A stretch of 62,956 nt of DNA, the filler included, from Chiloscyllium plagiosum (lineage: Eukaryota), in the NCBI RefSeq assembly GCF_004010195.1. It is 4 parts of one record of this genome, joined end to end, with 100 filler letters (N's around TTAATTAATTAA, not from the genome) between each part and the next. Parts side by side here need not be neighbours in the genome. Positions count along the whole stretch, not along the records: positions 20,483 to 40,375 come from NC_057713.1; 3 more parts are not named here. One strand, 5' to 3'. The notes beneath the pieces are model-generated. The model was not told the origin of the DNA. It made no database searches and was given only the letters and a program-made list of their open reading frames with translations. The position numbers were made by a program, and so were the translations under genes. Of the stretch, positions 22,579 through 33,484 are shown one piece after another (the stretch's first letter is position 1; each line of letters begins with the position of its first letter).

Positions 22579-25280
22579 TTTTTTATATTTTTATTGAAAA
22601 AAAAAAGCTTTTGGGGGTTTTTTTACAAAATTACAAAACTAATACAAAATAGTGTAACCATTTTACAATATAATAACAACATCGATATAAATTAAGAAAA
22701 CTAGCTACTAATCTACTCAACAAACTACCAAAACACAAAGTAAGATATAAGACTCTATATATTAAAAACGACTACAATATAGTACATAACTAACAACAAA
22801 AAAGGATAAATAAATAAATACGCATTCAAAATAAAATCATATCAAGTCATAACACGACCCATTTTTATACGAGTTTCTTCCTCCCAGAGGCCCCTGAACC
22901 AACAAACATCATCCTCATAGCTAAACAAAGGCCCTAGACAGTGTGGCCAATACATCTGCATTGGTGTAGTTCAAGAAGGGCCATCATGTTCTATAAAACA
23001 GTTTCATTTTTTGGCGCACCATATTCATAAGGAAGTCCAGGGGAATATATTCCATACCTATCCTATGCCAATTCGAAAGTCCTGGGGGACTTTCTGATAC
23101 CCAGCTTGCTAAAATGTTTTTCTTCACACAAAAGGAGAGGGTGGTAAACAGTTTCTTCCCATATGCATCTAAACTTCCCTTAAACTTTGCAAGCCACTCT
23201 GGTGCTATATGAGCCCTATGAAGTATTTCCAACTGAATAGCTTGAGTCCTATTACTGATAGAGATTTTCCCAGATAGCCTCTCACATCTCTAAGGAGATT
23301 TCCATCCCTAATTCTTGAGTCCAGGTTTTATATAGCCGTTCCATGTCTTTCAATACCTTATTACCTAGCGAGTGATAGAGAGTACTGACCGAGGGTGCAC
23401 CCATCGGCCGAAGCATTCTCCTTTCCATATCTGATTTGTAAGGATTAGTCATCAATGTGGTCTTTTTTTGTATGAAGTCTTGAACTTGAAAATATCGAAA
23501 GAGACCCTTGCCAGGCAACCCAAACTTCTGACGCTACTGTTCGAAGGACATCATGACCTCCCCATCAAATAGATCTCCCAAGCAGGAGATTCCTCTGGAC
23601 TCCCAAATTTTAAATCCAGCCTGGCTGAAATCCCAACATTCCACTATAGGAGAAAGGGGGAGGCTTTTTGTAAATTATCCTCACTCTGTTGCATCATCCT
23701 CCAAGCTATGATTGTGTTTAGGACAATCGGGTTTTTACAATGATCCGTGACAATTCACACCTTATCCATACATAATAGATTGATGAGGGAACATTTTGCT
23801 TGGGAAGCCTCAATATCTAGCCAAATTGATTGTGATCACAAGAGAACCAGTGAGCCACACATGGTAACAGGGAATTCAGTTGGTACTTCCTAAAATCCGG
23901 AAAATCTACACCTCCCTTTACTTGTGGGAGCTACAACTTATCTATTTTATTGAGGGGCCGCCTCAAGAACCAAGCCAACCATAAAGCTTACACAGCGTCT
24001 GTCTCGGCAACATCAAAAGAAGCATTCTCATGGGGTATAATAGACGAGGGAGAATATTCATCTTGACCAAAGCTATTCTTCCTAACCAGGATATCAGGAG
24101 ATCTTCCCAACGTTGGAGGTCCTGCCTTATTTTCTCTAATAAATATGTATAATTTGCTTTATATAGCTGACCAAATACCAGGGTAATAAAAATACCTAAA
24201 TAGAGAAAACCTCCCAGTGACCATCAAGAGGGGAAGCGGGATCCATCCACAAAGTTGGATAGGCAAGTAAGACCTCCTAGTGGCCTGGCCTCTGATTTCA
24301 TAAAATTAATTTTGTACCCTGAAAACATACCAAATAAGTTAATACTTGAATTAAGCGGGGCACAGATGTCAATGGATCATTTAAGAAAAGAAGGACGTCA
24401 ACCGCATTAAGAGCAATTTCGTGCTTGCCTGATCCTACCGCTAGGACCGTTATATTGGGGTCAGTTCGGATAGCTTTCGCCAACGGTTCGATCACTAATG
24501 TAAATAGTAGTGGAGAGAGAGGGCATCCTTGATGACAACCTCTGCCAACACTAAATCTATCCGATCTTATGCCATTGGTAATCACCGCTGCTTTCGGGTC
24601 ATTATATAACACTGCGACCCATTTGGTAAAAACTTCTCCAATGCCAAACCGCTCTACAGTATAAAAAAGGTATGGTCATTCCACCCGGTCAAGTGCTTTC
24701 TCTGCCTCTAGGGAGACGACTATTCCCGGTATCGCTCTTTGCTGGCAGACTTGTACCATATTTAACACTCTTCTGATATTATTAGTAGATCTGCGGCCCT
24801 TAATAAACCCTGTATGATCCTCTTTTATAATAAATGGTAAAACCCTCTCCAGTCTTAATGCCAGCATTTTTGAGAGGAATTTAAAGTCCACATTCAATTA
24901 GGATTTAGGCCTGTAAAAAGTACAGTCATCTGGGGTTTTTCCTTTCTTAAGGATGAGATATTTGCTTCTCTCAGGGAGGGCGGGAGATTACCCTGATTAT
25001 ATGAGTAGTTATACATGTCTATAAGTGGACTGGCCAATTCGTCTACAAACTCTTTATACAACTCAACCTGAAATCCATCTGGCCCAGGCACTTTGCTGTT
25101 CTGGAGCTGCCTCACCACTTCCTGGGTTGTCAGGGGGGCATTCAAAAGAGACACCTACTCTGAGATTAGGCCCGGGAGGTCCAAATTCTTAAAAAAGGCT
25201 CTATCTTCCTCGCTCTATCCTCACAGCCCTCGAACTAATACAGCTCAAAATAGAACTTTCTAAAAGCTGCATTGATCTTC
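22579..25280 (-). mobile_element. Degraded L1/Tx1-clade LINE, 5'-truncated ORF2
   Basis: KVPGPDGFQVELYK, NVDFKFLSKMLALRLERVLPFII..HTGFIKGR, SLEAEKALDRVE, RGCHQGCPLSPLLFTLVIEPLA. Minus-strand AATAAA plus A-rich tail at ~22579-22596. Confidence 0.88.
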
Positions 25281-25745
25281 CATGTGCCCATCCAAGAGTT
25301 GCTTAAATGTTCATAATGTATCTGACTCTAATACCACTAATGCACCCACCACTCTCTGTGTAAAGAACCTAAGTCTGATATCTCCTCTAAACCTTCCTTC
25401 AATTACCTTAAAATTATGCCCCCTCGTGATAGACATTTCCACCATGGAAAAAATGTCTCTGGCTATCTACTCTATCTATTCCTCTCATCATCTTGTACAC
25501 CTATATCAAGTCACCTCTCATCCTTCTTCGCTCCAGTGAGAAAAGCCCTAGCTCCCTCAACCTTTCTTCACCAGATGTGCCCCAGGCTACATCCTGGCAA
25601 ATTTCCTGTGCACCCTCTCTAAAGCTTCCACATCTTCCCTATAATGAGGCAACTAGAACTGAACACAATATTCCAACTGTGGTCTAACCAGTGCTTGATA
25701 GAGCTGCAGGATACCTTGCAGCTCTTAAGCTCAATCTCCCACTAA
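25281..25745 (-). mobile_element. CR1 LINE fragment
   Basis: Reverse complement of the conserved CR1 3' coding region (…CACTCTCTGTGTAAAGAACC…). Confidence 0.75.
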
Positions 25746-26059
25746 TGAAACTGAAAAAAATAGTAAAAAGAGCAAAGGTAAATCAAAGAAAACTAACACA
25801 AAATATAAAAATAGACAGCAAAATCTTCCGTAAGTATATAAAAGGGAAGATTATTGCTAAAGAGAATGTCGATTCCTTGGAGGGTGAGATCAGGAAGTTA
25901 ATAATGGGGAACACTGAAATGGTGGAGTCATTAAATCAATATTTTGCTTCAATTTTCACAATGAAGGACATTAATATCATCCTACTTGTCACAGTTTTCT
26001 AAGAGACATGGTTACAGAAATGGAAAAGTTAAAATAATCATCACTAGGAGAAATGTAGG

Positions 26060-26144
26060 TAAGGCTTTTGCCCGAAACGTCGATTTCGCTGCTCCTTGGA
26101 TGCTGCCTGAACTGCTGTGCTCTTCCAGCACCACTAATCCAGAA
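26060..26144 (+). mobile_element. Short PLE terminal fragment with ~15-bp imperfect TSD
   Basis: GGCTTTTGCCCGAAACGTCG...CCAGCACCACTAATC flanked by ACTAGGAGAAATGTA / ACTAGGAAAATTGTA. Confidence 0.7.
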
Positions 26145-27054
26145 ACTAGGAAAATTGTACTCAGCAAACTATTGGGATTGAAGTCCAACAGGTTCTCAGA
26201 ACTTGATGGCCTACATACTGGGGTCTGAAAGGAAGTGGCAGCAGAGAAAATGGATGCATTGATCATAATATTCCAAAATTCCAGAAGGTTCCAGTAGATT
26301 GGAAAAATGCTAAAAATACCCTTATTCAAAAAGGGAGGAGGCAGAAATTCAAAAACTAAAGACTAATAAGTTTAGCATGTCATTGGGGAAATGTTAGAAT
26401 TTATTAATAAAGTAATAACAGAATATTTGGAAAGTTAAAATAGAATGTATCAGAGTCAGAATGGTTTTATAAATGGTAAACTATGTTTGATTAATTTGCT
26501 TGAGTTTTCGAAGATGTGACAAGCAAGGTGAATAATGGGGATCCTGCAGATTTAGTATATCTGGACGTACACAGGCATTTGGTAAGGTGCCACACAAAAG
26601 TTAATATGCAAGTGCAGATCACATGGGATTGTGGACGTTTATTAGCTCAAAAAGAGGATTTGCTAACTAAACAAAATCAGAATGTTGGGATAAATTGGTC
26701 TTTTTCTGGTTGGCAAGATGTAACTACTGGGGTGCCACAGGGTTTGGTCTTCGGGCCATAACTATTTACAATCCATATTAATGACTTGGATGCAGGGAAA
26801 TCATAGAAAACTAGTATTCAACTACAGCAGCTAACAAGGAAAGCAAATGGAATTCTGGCATTTATTGTTAAAGGAACAGAGTATAAAATTACTGAAGTGT
26901 TGCTACAACTGTTGAAGGCATTAGTGAGACCATATCTGCGAGCACTACTTACAGTCTTGATCGAGAAAGTGAGGTCTGCAGATGCTGGAGATCAGAGCTG
27001 AAAATGTGTTGCTGGAACAGCGCAGCAGGTCAGGCAGCATCCAGGGAACAGGAG

Positions 27055-27091
27055 AATTGACGTTTCGGGCAAAAGCCCTTCTTCAGGATTC
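27055..27091 (-). ncRNA. Minimal hammerhead ribozyme motif
   Basis: Minus strand CTGAAGA-A-GGGC-TTTT-GCCC-GAAAC-GTC (core 27059-27086). Confidence 0.65.
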
Positions 27092-27124
27092 CTGAAGAAG
27101 GGCTTATGCCCGAAACGTCGATTC
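27088..27124 (+). ncRNA. Minimal hammerhead ribozyme motif
   Basis: CTGAAGA-A-GGGC-TTAT-GCCC-GAAAC-GTC (core 27092-27119). Confidence 0.7.
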
Positions 27125-29488
27125 TCCTGTTCCCTGGATGCTGCCTGACCTGCTGCGCTGTTCCAGCAACACATTTTCAGCTACAGTCTTGATCCCCTTA
27201 TTCGAGGAGATTTGTAGCTGCACTGCAGGCAGTTCAGAGGAGGTTCACTAAATTGATTCCAGAGATAAGGGGTTTGCCTTATGAAGAGAAATTGAGCATT
27301 TTAGGGCTATACTCTCTCAAGTTTAGAAGAATGAGGAAAGCTAGTTGAAGCTTATAATATATTAAAGCAGATTGACAAAGTACATGTAGAACAGATGTTT
27401 CCCCTTTTGGGGAAGAGTGGAACAAGAGATTATAGTTTTAGGAAAAGGGGGGCAGATTTAAACCAGAGTTCAGACAGAATTACTTCTCTTAAAGTGTCAT
27501 GAATCTGTGGAATTCACTAACCCAGAATGCAGTGGATGCTGGGACACTGAGAAAATTAAAGAAAGATGAAGACAATTTTTTAATTTGCAATCAGTTGACA
27601 GATTATGGAGAGCAAGCATGAACGGAGAGTTAAGGGCAAGATGAGGTCAGATATGATCATATTGAATGGCAGAGCAGGCTCGAGGGGCCGAACTGTCCAG
27701 TCCTGATCCTAGTTCTTATGTTGTTTGTTATGTTCTAAGATAACCTCTTCGCACAACTCAGTTCCAAAAATGTCTTGGCCTCTGTTTCTTCAACAGACAC
27801 TGAAGGTGCTGTTGCTTCCCAACAATGTCCTCATTTTCCTACAGAGTAAAATGCTGCAGCTTCCACAGACCTTCATTATTGATCGCATTGCCTTGTTGTG
27901 TCCTCCAGTTGTCCACAGCAAGGTTTCCAAGAACTAAGCAATGTCCCCTGTACTGCATTACAACAAACACCCAGACAACCTCCACAATTACCTAATATGG
28001 GAGGGACACCACAGCCCTCATTGACACCTGTGGAAGACGATATTGTAATGCTGATATGCTGGACATCATGGCATGGCATTCTTACCACTACCTCTAATAG
28101 TATATAGTGCCAGTGCTCTCTCCTGTCTCTATAGCATTCCATTCAGGATAAATGAGTATAGGTCTCCTGCATCTTTGCGGCATCAGAAGTGCTCCTTTCT
28201 ATTCTGAGCAGCTGTTCTGAGGGTCACTTGACCCAAAATGTTAACTCTGATTTCTCTCAACAGGTGCTGCCTTACCTGCTGAGCTTTTCCAGCAATTTCT
28301 ACTGGGCTGGATTAGGTGGTTGCACCACATCTGCTGGAGGTTAATGATGGCCCTGGACTTCCAGATAGACATGCCCTCATCTGTTCCTTTGGATGACCAT
28401 AGTGCAGTGGCCACAACGACAAAGGCAGCTTCTATGCCTGGATCCATTGGGGAACTTTGTAAGTAACATCAGAAGCAATGCAGTTCCTCAGTAACATAAT
28501 AATTCAGCAATTAAAGCACTTACAAATCATATTTGAACAGCATCCTCCAAGCAGTGGGTCATGAAGAATATCTGGTTGCTATACCCAAGACCTTTCATAA
28601 GCCAAAATAGCTTTAGAAAAGGACAATTACCGACTAAAATTGCTGTATCATTACCTGGTCACAAACATGAGGGAAACCCAAGAACCACAACCAGAATAAG
28701 TGAGACAGTCTGCACTTAATTATCATTTTTTAAAGTCATTGAAACCAGGCAACCGAGCCAGCATCAAGAAATTTACATCTCCTGTCTAAATCTACATTTG
28801 TATGATAAGTACCATATCGGGAAATGAAAGGCTTGACTGCTTGGAAAGACAATAGAGTCGGATTTGGAATTTTCAAGTGAACCATATTTGAGTAGCTGCT
28901 CTTGAGCAACTTAGCAGGGAGAGGTATATGGATTCATAACAACAGAACTTGGAAGATTTTCTTTCCCTTTCTCCTCCACATCGATCCAGAAGGAAGTATC
29001 AAGCAAAAAAACCAAATTGGGAAAACAATCATTCACCGTGGACCAAAATATCACTGCAAACTTTGCCACTCTTGAGGAAACAAGTGAACAATCAAACACC
29101 CTAGCCTCAGGTTCAAAATCTAACATGTCAAAGATTCCAAGGGCTTCTAATGGTTCATCCTTTACTCTTGTTGTCTGTAACTAACTTATTCCTTCTTACA
29201 CTAATTTGTTATAAATGTTCTAAGGATTCTGGGTAATCCAGATGGAGGAAAGGGAAAAAATTGTGGCTGTAACAGCAGCTCCTTTTTTTGAGGTATTTTC
29301 AGTATTGGAGCTAATTTCCTCTAATTCTCGGAACAGTAATTGGAATTTTATAAGCTGCTGCATTGTTTTGGAACGTTGGGGAAAAACGATCAAAACGACA
29401 CTTTAAAGAAGGAGGATGACAGAAAAAGTCAGCGGTGAGAATAGGTATAGGGTATAAGCAGGCAGGTAAAGAGTTAAGTTCTGAGTTT

Positions 29489-29990
29489 TGTGGAACAAGA
29501 GGTTCAGCTGAGCATGACTCAGATCAGATAAGCATTTACAGTTAACAATGGGGTGCTGGAGGCAAGGGTAATGGGTTAACAAGGTGGAAAAGTAGTCATT
29601 GTGTACTGCCATTTAACAATATTGGAAGCGTTCAGTATGCAAGGTCAGCTAACAAGGAGAAAAGTATCCACTGTATGAATCCAGTTAACAAGGTTAAGAA
29701 CATTCATTGCATAACAGTAAAGGGCTTGGTCTCTGCTATTGATACTCATTCATTATAATGGTCACCCAATTAATATGTATGTTGCCTTATCTGGATGCTC
29801 CTCCCTGTAAAATGACTATCTAGTTCATTGAGAAACTGCTGTTCCAAAGAAGACCGAGAACTCATGTCTTAGTGCATATGGGTGATCATTCTCTCTCCCT
29901 CCAGGGCCCAGAATAAAAATGAAAGAGGTAAAACTATACTGAGTCTCTGAGCATTTTGCTTCAACTGAGGGGCAGGAAAACAGGACGACA
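29489..29990 (+). mobile_element. 5' LTR of an endogenous retrovirus / LTR retrotransposon
   Basis: TG...CA ends (5' boundary uncertain), AP-1 TGACTCA 29515-29521, GATA AGATAA 29526-29531, AATAAA 29912-29917, and a PBS 4 nt after the terminal CA. Confidence 0.7.
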
Positions 29991-29994
29991 ATAT

Positions 29995-30012
29995 TGGAGT
30001 AGTTGGCAGGAT
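29995..30012 (+). promoter_or_regulatory. Primer-binding site, tRNA-Ser
   Basis: TGGAGTAGTTGGCAGGAT matches 16/18 of TGGCGTAGTCGGCAGGAT, the complement of the vertebrate tRNA-Ser 3' end. One mismatch is a CpG transition. Confidence 0.8.
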
Positions 30013-30450
30013 CCAAATGGATAGTTAAAATGGGACAGTTTCAGTGTTCGTCTGGAACATCGGAATCTCAAGACAGATGGACCCACATGGTAAGATTTTA
30101 AACCTTGGTCCCTCTCGATATTCCTGTGTGTCGAAGACGGTCCCCTCATTCAATCGCTCTCTTTTCTATGGATTACTCTAACGGTAATTAGTTCAGTCGA
30201 GAGACACAGTTTCGCAAATGTGCTGGCAGGCATAGTTTCAAGTCCTCTGCGCTGCATCGGAGGAAGGGGTGTAATTGAGGTTCGAGTCCTCTGCACAGTA
30301 CTGTGGTTCGAGTCCCATGGGTGTGTTAATTTGAGGTTCAAGTCCTCTGCGCTGTTTTTAAGTGGGGTTTGAGCTCTCTGTGCTAAAGCAGGGTTTGAGC
30401 TCTCTTTGTGGAGTAAAGTGAGAAAGAGGTTAAAATCCCCTAGCAGAGAA
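30013..30450 (+). mobile_element. Retroviral-type 5' leader with candidate splice donor and repeated T-arm/B-box motifs
   Basis: ATG|GTAAGA donor at 30089/30090. GGTTCRAGTCC at 30279, 30305 and 30335 plus degenerate copies. No intact gag recognised downstream. Confidence 0.6.
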
Positions 30451-31805
30451 TTTGACACTCTGCAAGTCTTTGTTCTGGAGAAGAGAGTGGCTTAGATTGC
30501 AGCACCATGTGGTCCTTTCTCTTTTTATAAGTGTAATCCCAGTGCAAAAAAACTGAGAAACGCTGAAATTAAGGTTGTACTAATACTTCGGTTGAAAAAG
30601 GAAAGTTTCAATGTAATTTGTGCCATGCTGAGAGTGTTTGATGTTTAAAAATTTTGGTTTGTTAAATTACTGGTTCAGAAAATCCTTTTAAGTAACCATT
30701 TTGCCTTGTTTGAATCAGGATCTCAATTCCACGTGTGTTTTGTGGGCTGTGTAATAGGGCAGATTTTGTTTTTACATTGAAATTGTACAACATTATGTAC
30801 TTTTTAAAATTATCTAACTTGTAACCTTAAAACAAATTGATTGAGTGCCTTGAGCCTCTGATTTGTTTGAAATTCAACAACGCCTGTTTAAAAACAAACA
30901 GTTGGGTCAGTGGTCATGCTTTAGCCAGATGAGAGTATTGTATTAAAATATCTTTGCTGCAGTGTTTTTAATGCAGAGTGTTCACAAAAAAAGAATGCAT
31001 TTATAGTTTGACGTTTTGTTAAGATTTGAGAGAGAATATCAGAGCTTGAGGCTGAACTGTTTAAATTTTGTTAATTATTGTCAAGACTTCATTGCCCTCT
31101 TTTATACTGCAAATTCTAAGAATGTTGATCTCCACCAAAGTTGCCACTGTAATTCCAACTGTTTTATTTGGGAAGTTTCACTTGGAGAAAATACTTTAAA
31201 ATATCCTGCATTTGTTTCCCAAGAATATTTGAGATTTAAATCTGAACTGAAACTGCCTCTTCATTTGCTAAAGCACAGGAAACATTTTGTTTTCTTATTG
31301 TTCCAGACTTTTGTAATACTTTTCCTGACAGCTTTCACATTAGCAAAGTATCAATTTGTTAAAAGAAATTAATTTTTGAATAACCTGAATAGAGGCACCC
31401 GAGGGTTTGATTTTAGGACCTCTGATTGTTGTTTATAATTGACTGTACAATTTAGAAATTTATGGACTGTATAAAACTTGATAATGTCATAAATAGTGAA
31501 CAGAGTAATAGACTTCAAGAATTCAAAGAATATTGAAATAGGCAAACACAATTTAGTGTAGTTAAATGTGTGACTGTCTTCAAATTGATAACCAGTTTGG
31601 CAAGGAAAGAATGAGAGAAGAAATGCAAAGTTACTTTTAGCAGCTACCATTTTCTCTCGAGTTTCTCCATTCACATGTAAAGCATGTCTTTCAACCACTG
31701 CCCACCCCTCCACAACCCAATCCAATGGATTCAATCAGCGCCTCAGTCACCAGCATGAACAGTCAAGAGGCTAACAACAGTGAAGAGGAGGTCGGTTAGC
31801 TTTTT

Positions 31806-32095
31806 TAGATTACATTACAGTGTGAAAACAGGCCCTTCGGCCCAACAAGTCCACACCGACTCGCCGAAGCGCAACCCACCCATACCCCTACATTTACCCC
31901 CTTACCTAACACTACGGGCAATTTAGCATGGCCAATTCACCTGACCTGCACATCTTTGGACTGTGGGAGGAAACCGGAGCACCCGGAGGAAACCCACGCA
32001 GACATGGGGAGAACGTGCAATCTCCACACAGTCAGTTGCCTGAGGCGGGAATTGAACCTGGGTCTCTGGCGCTGTGAGGCAGCAGTGCCACCGGC
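31806..32095 (-). mobile_element. HE1-type elasmobranch SINE (tRNA-derived, V-domain, CR1-like tail)
   Basis: Minus strand CCCAGGTTCAATTCC B-box, V-domain GTGGGTTTCCTCCGGGTGCTCCGGTTTCCTCCCACAGTCCAAAGATGTGCAGGT, tail GGGCCGAAGGGCCTGTTT. Confidence 0.88.
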
Positions 32096-32359
32096 CTTCC
32101 TATGGACATTAAACCACGTGAGCTTTTCCTTGTCTTTCAATCATTTAAGGTGCAAAGATGGCCTTCAATAGATGATGTGCTTTTCCTTTTGGATGTGGAA
32201 GATGAGGGAGAGCTTCCATTTACTGATGATTATATCTGCAGGAAGGGTGTTTGGTTACGAAACCTATCATATTGCACGCATCAGTTGGAGCGGCAGTTAG
32301 AGCAATGAGGAATCTACAACAGCTAGAGGGTGTGACGGATGGCAACTGTAGGAAGGGAG

Positions 32360-32705
32360 CCAACACCCTCACTGAAACTGGAAGGGACTAATATACTGGC
32401 GGGGAGGTTTGCTAAAGCTGCTCGGGAGGATTTAAGCTAGTAAGGGGTAGGACCCAGGGAGATAGTGAGGAAAGAGATCAGGCTGAGACTGGTACAGTTG
32501 GAATAAAGAGCAAGTCAAACAGTCTAGGCAGGCAGGAACAAAGCAGAGATCAAGGTAGGACTGATAAATTAAACTGTGTTTATTTCAGTTCTAGAGGCCG
32601 AACAGGTAAGGCTGATGAACTCAGGGCATGGTTGGGAACATGGAACTGGGATACAGCAGCACAGTGATGTGGCTCAGGGATTCACAAGATTGGCAGCTTC
32701 CTGTC
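32360..32705 (+). mobile_element. CR1 ORF1-end / ORF2-start fragment
   Basis: GTNILAGRFAKAAREDLS* followed by a decayed KLNCVYF...ADELRAW. Confidence 0.65.
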
Positions 32706-33119
32706 CCAGGAGAAGAATTAAGCCATTCAGCCCAATGAGTCTGTCCTGCTATTTGATTATGGCTGATATGTTTTTCAACACCATTCTCCTGCCTTTTCTC
32801 CATAACTCTTCTAACCTTACAATTATCATTAATAATCACAGCTGCAGAACTCCTAGCTTCTGATCTGCTCTTGTAGCCACTGTGTTTGTGTGGAGAGTCC
32901 AGTTGAGTTTCTAGGCAATGGTATCCTCAAGGATGTTGATACGAAGGGATTCAGCGATGACATTCCTTTGAATGTCAAGGGACGATCATTAGATGTTCTC
33001 TTGTTGGAGATCATCATTCCATGGCAGTAATGGTAAGACCATAAGACAAGTCAGAATTGAAAAGTATGGCGCTGGACAAGCCATCAGGTCAGGCAGCATT
33101 CAAGTAGTAGGACAGTCGA

Positions 33120-33330
33120 TAAAGTCAGAAATACGTCACCAGGTTATAGTCCAACAGGGGGATACTTAAAATCACAAACTTTCTGGAGTCCTACTCCATC
33201 ATCAGATGAAGTGATCTGACAAAGGAGCAGCACTTCAAAAGCTTTGTGATTTTATATAAACCTGTTGGACTATAACCTGATGTCATGTGACTTCTGACTT
33301 TGCCCACGCAGTCCAACACCAGCATTTCCA
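33120..33330. mobile_element. Second family of palindromic PLE-like element (degenerate hammerhead)
   Basis: Arms CAGGTTATAGTCCAACAGG / CCTGTTGGACTATAACCTG with central decayed CTGAnnAAGGAGCAGC..TC.AAAGCT. Same family at 45143-45210 and 45413-45612. Confidence 0.7.
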
Positions 33331-33484
33331 CATCATAAGAGAATAAGATATAGGAGAAGAATTAAGCCATTCAGCCCATTGAGTCTGTTCTGCTATTTGA
33401 TCATGCCTGATATGTTTTTCAACACCATTCTCCTGACTTTTCTCCATAACTCTTCTAACCTTACAATTATCATTAATAATCATA

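Larger units (their letters stand above)
26963..27182. mobile_element. Palindromic non-autonomous PLE insertion with hammerhead cores on both strands
   Basis: Inverted arms centred at ~27089. Perfect TSD ACAGTCTTGATC (26951-26962, 27183-27194). Confidence 0.9.
25770..27735 (+). mobile_element. Older CR1 LINE ORF2 remnant with 3' tail, interrupted by two PLE insertions
   Basis: KIDSKIFRKYIKGK, ESLNQYFASIFT, DLVYLD, SFSGWQDVTTGVPQGLVFGP. Tail ends in TTCTTATG-type repeats. Confidence 0.85.

Noticed and set aside
29132..29145. 14-bp match AGATTCCAAGGGCT to the start of the receptor FN3 exon
   Set aside because: Does not extend. Matches of this length are expected by chance in 63 kb.
29950..30025. 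WSXWS-like peptide LLQLRGRKTGRQYWSSWQ suggesting a cytokine-receptor exon
   Set aside because: Wrong strand for the receptor, stops in all frames of the apparent exon, and the WSSW codons coincide with the tRNA-Ser PBS.
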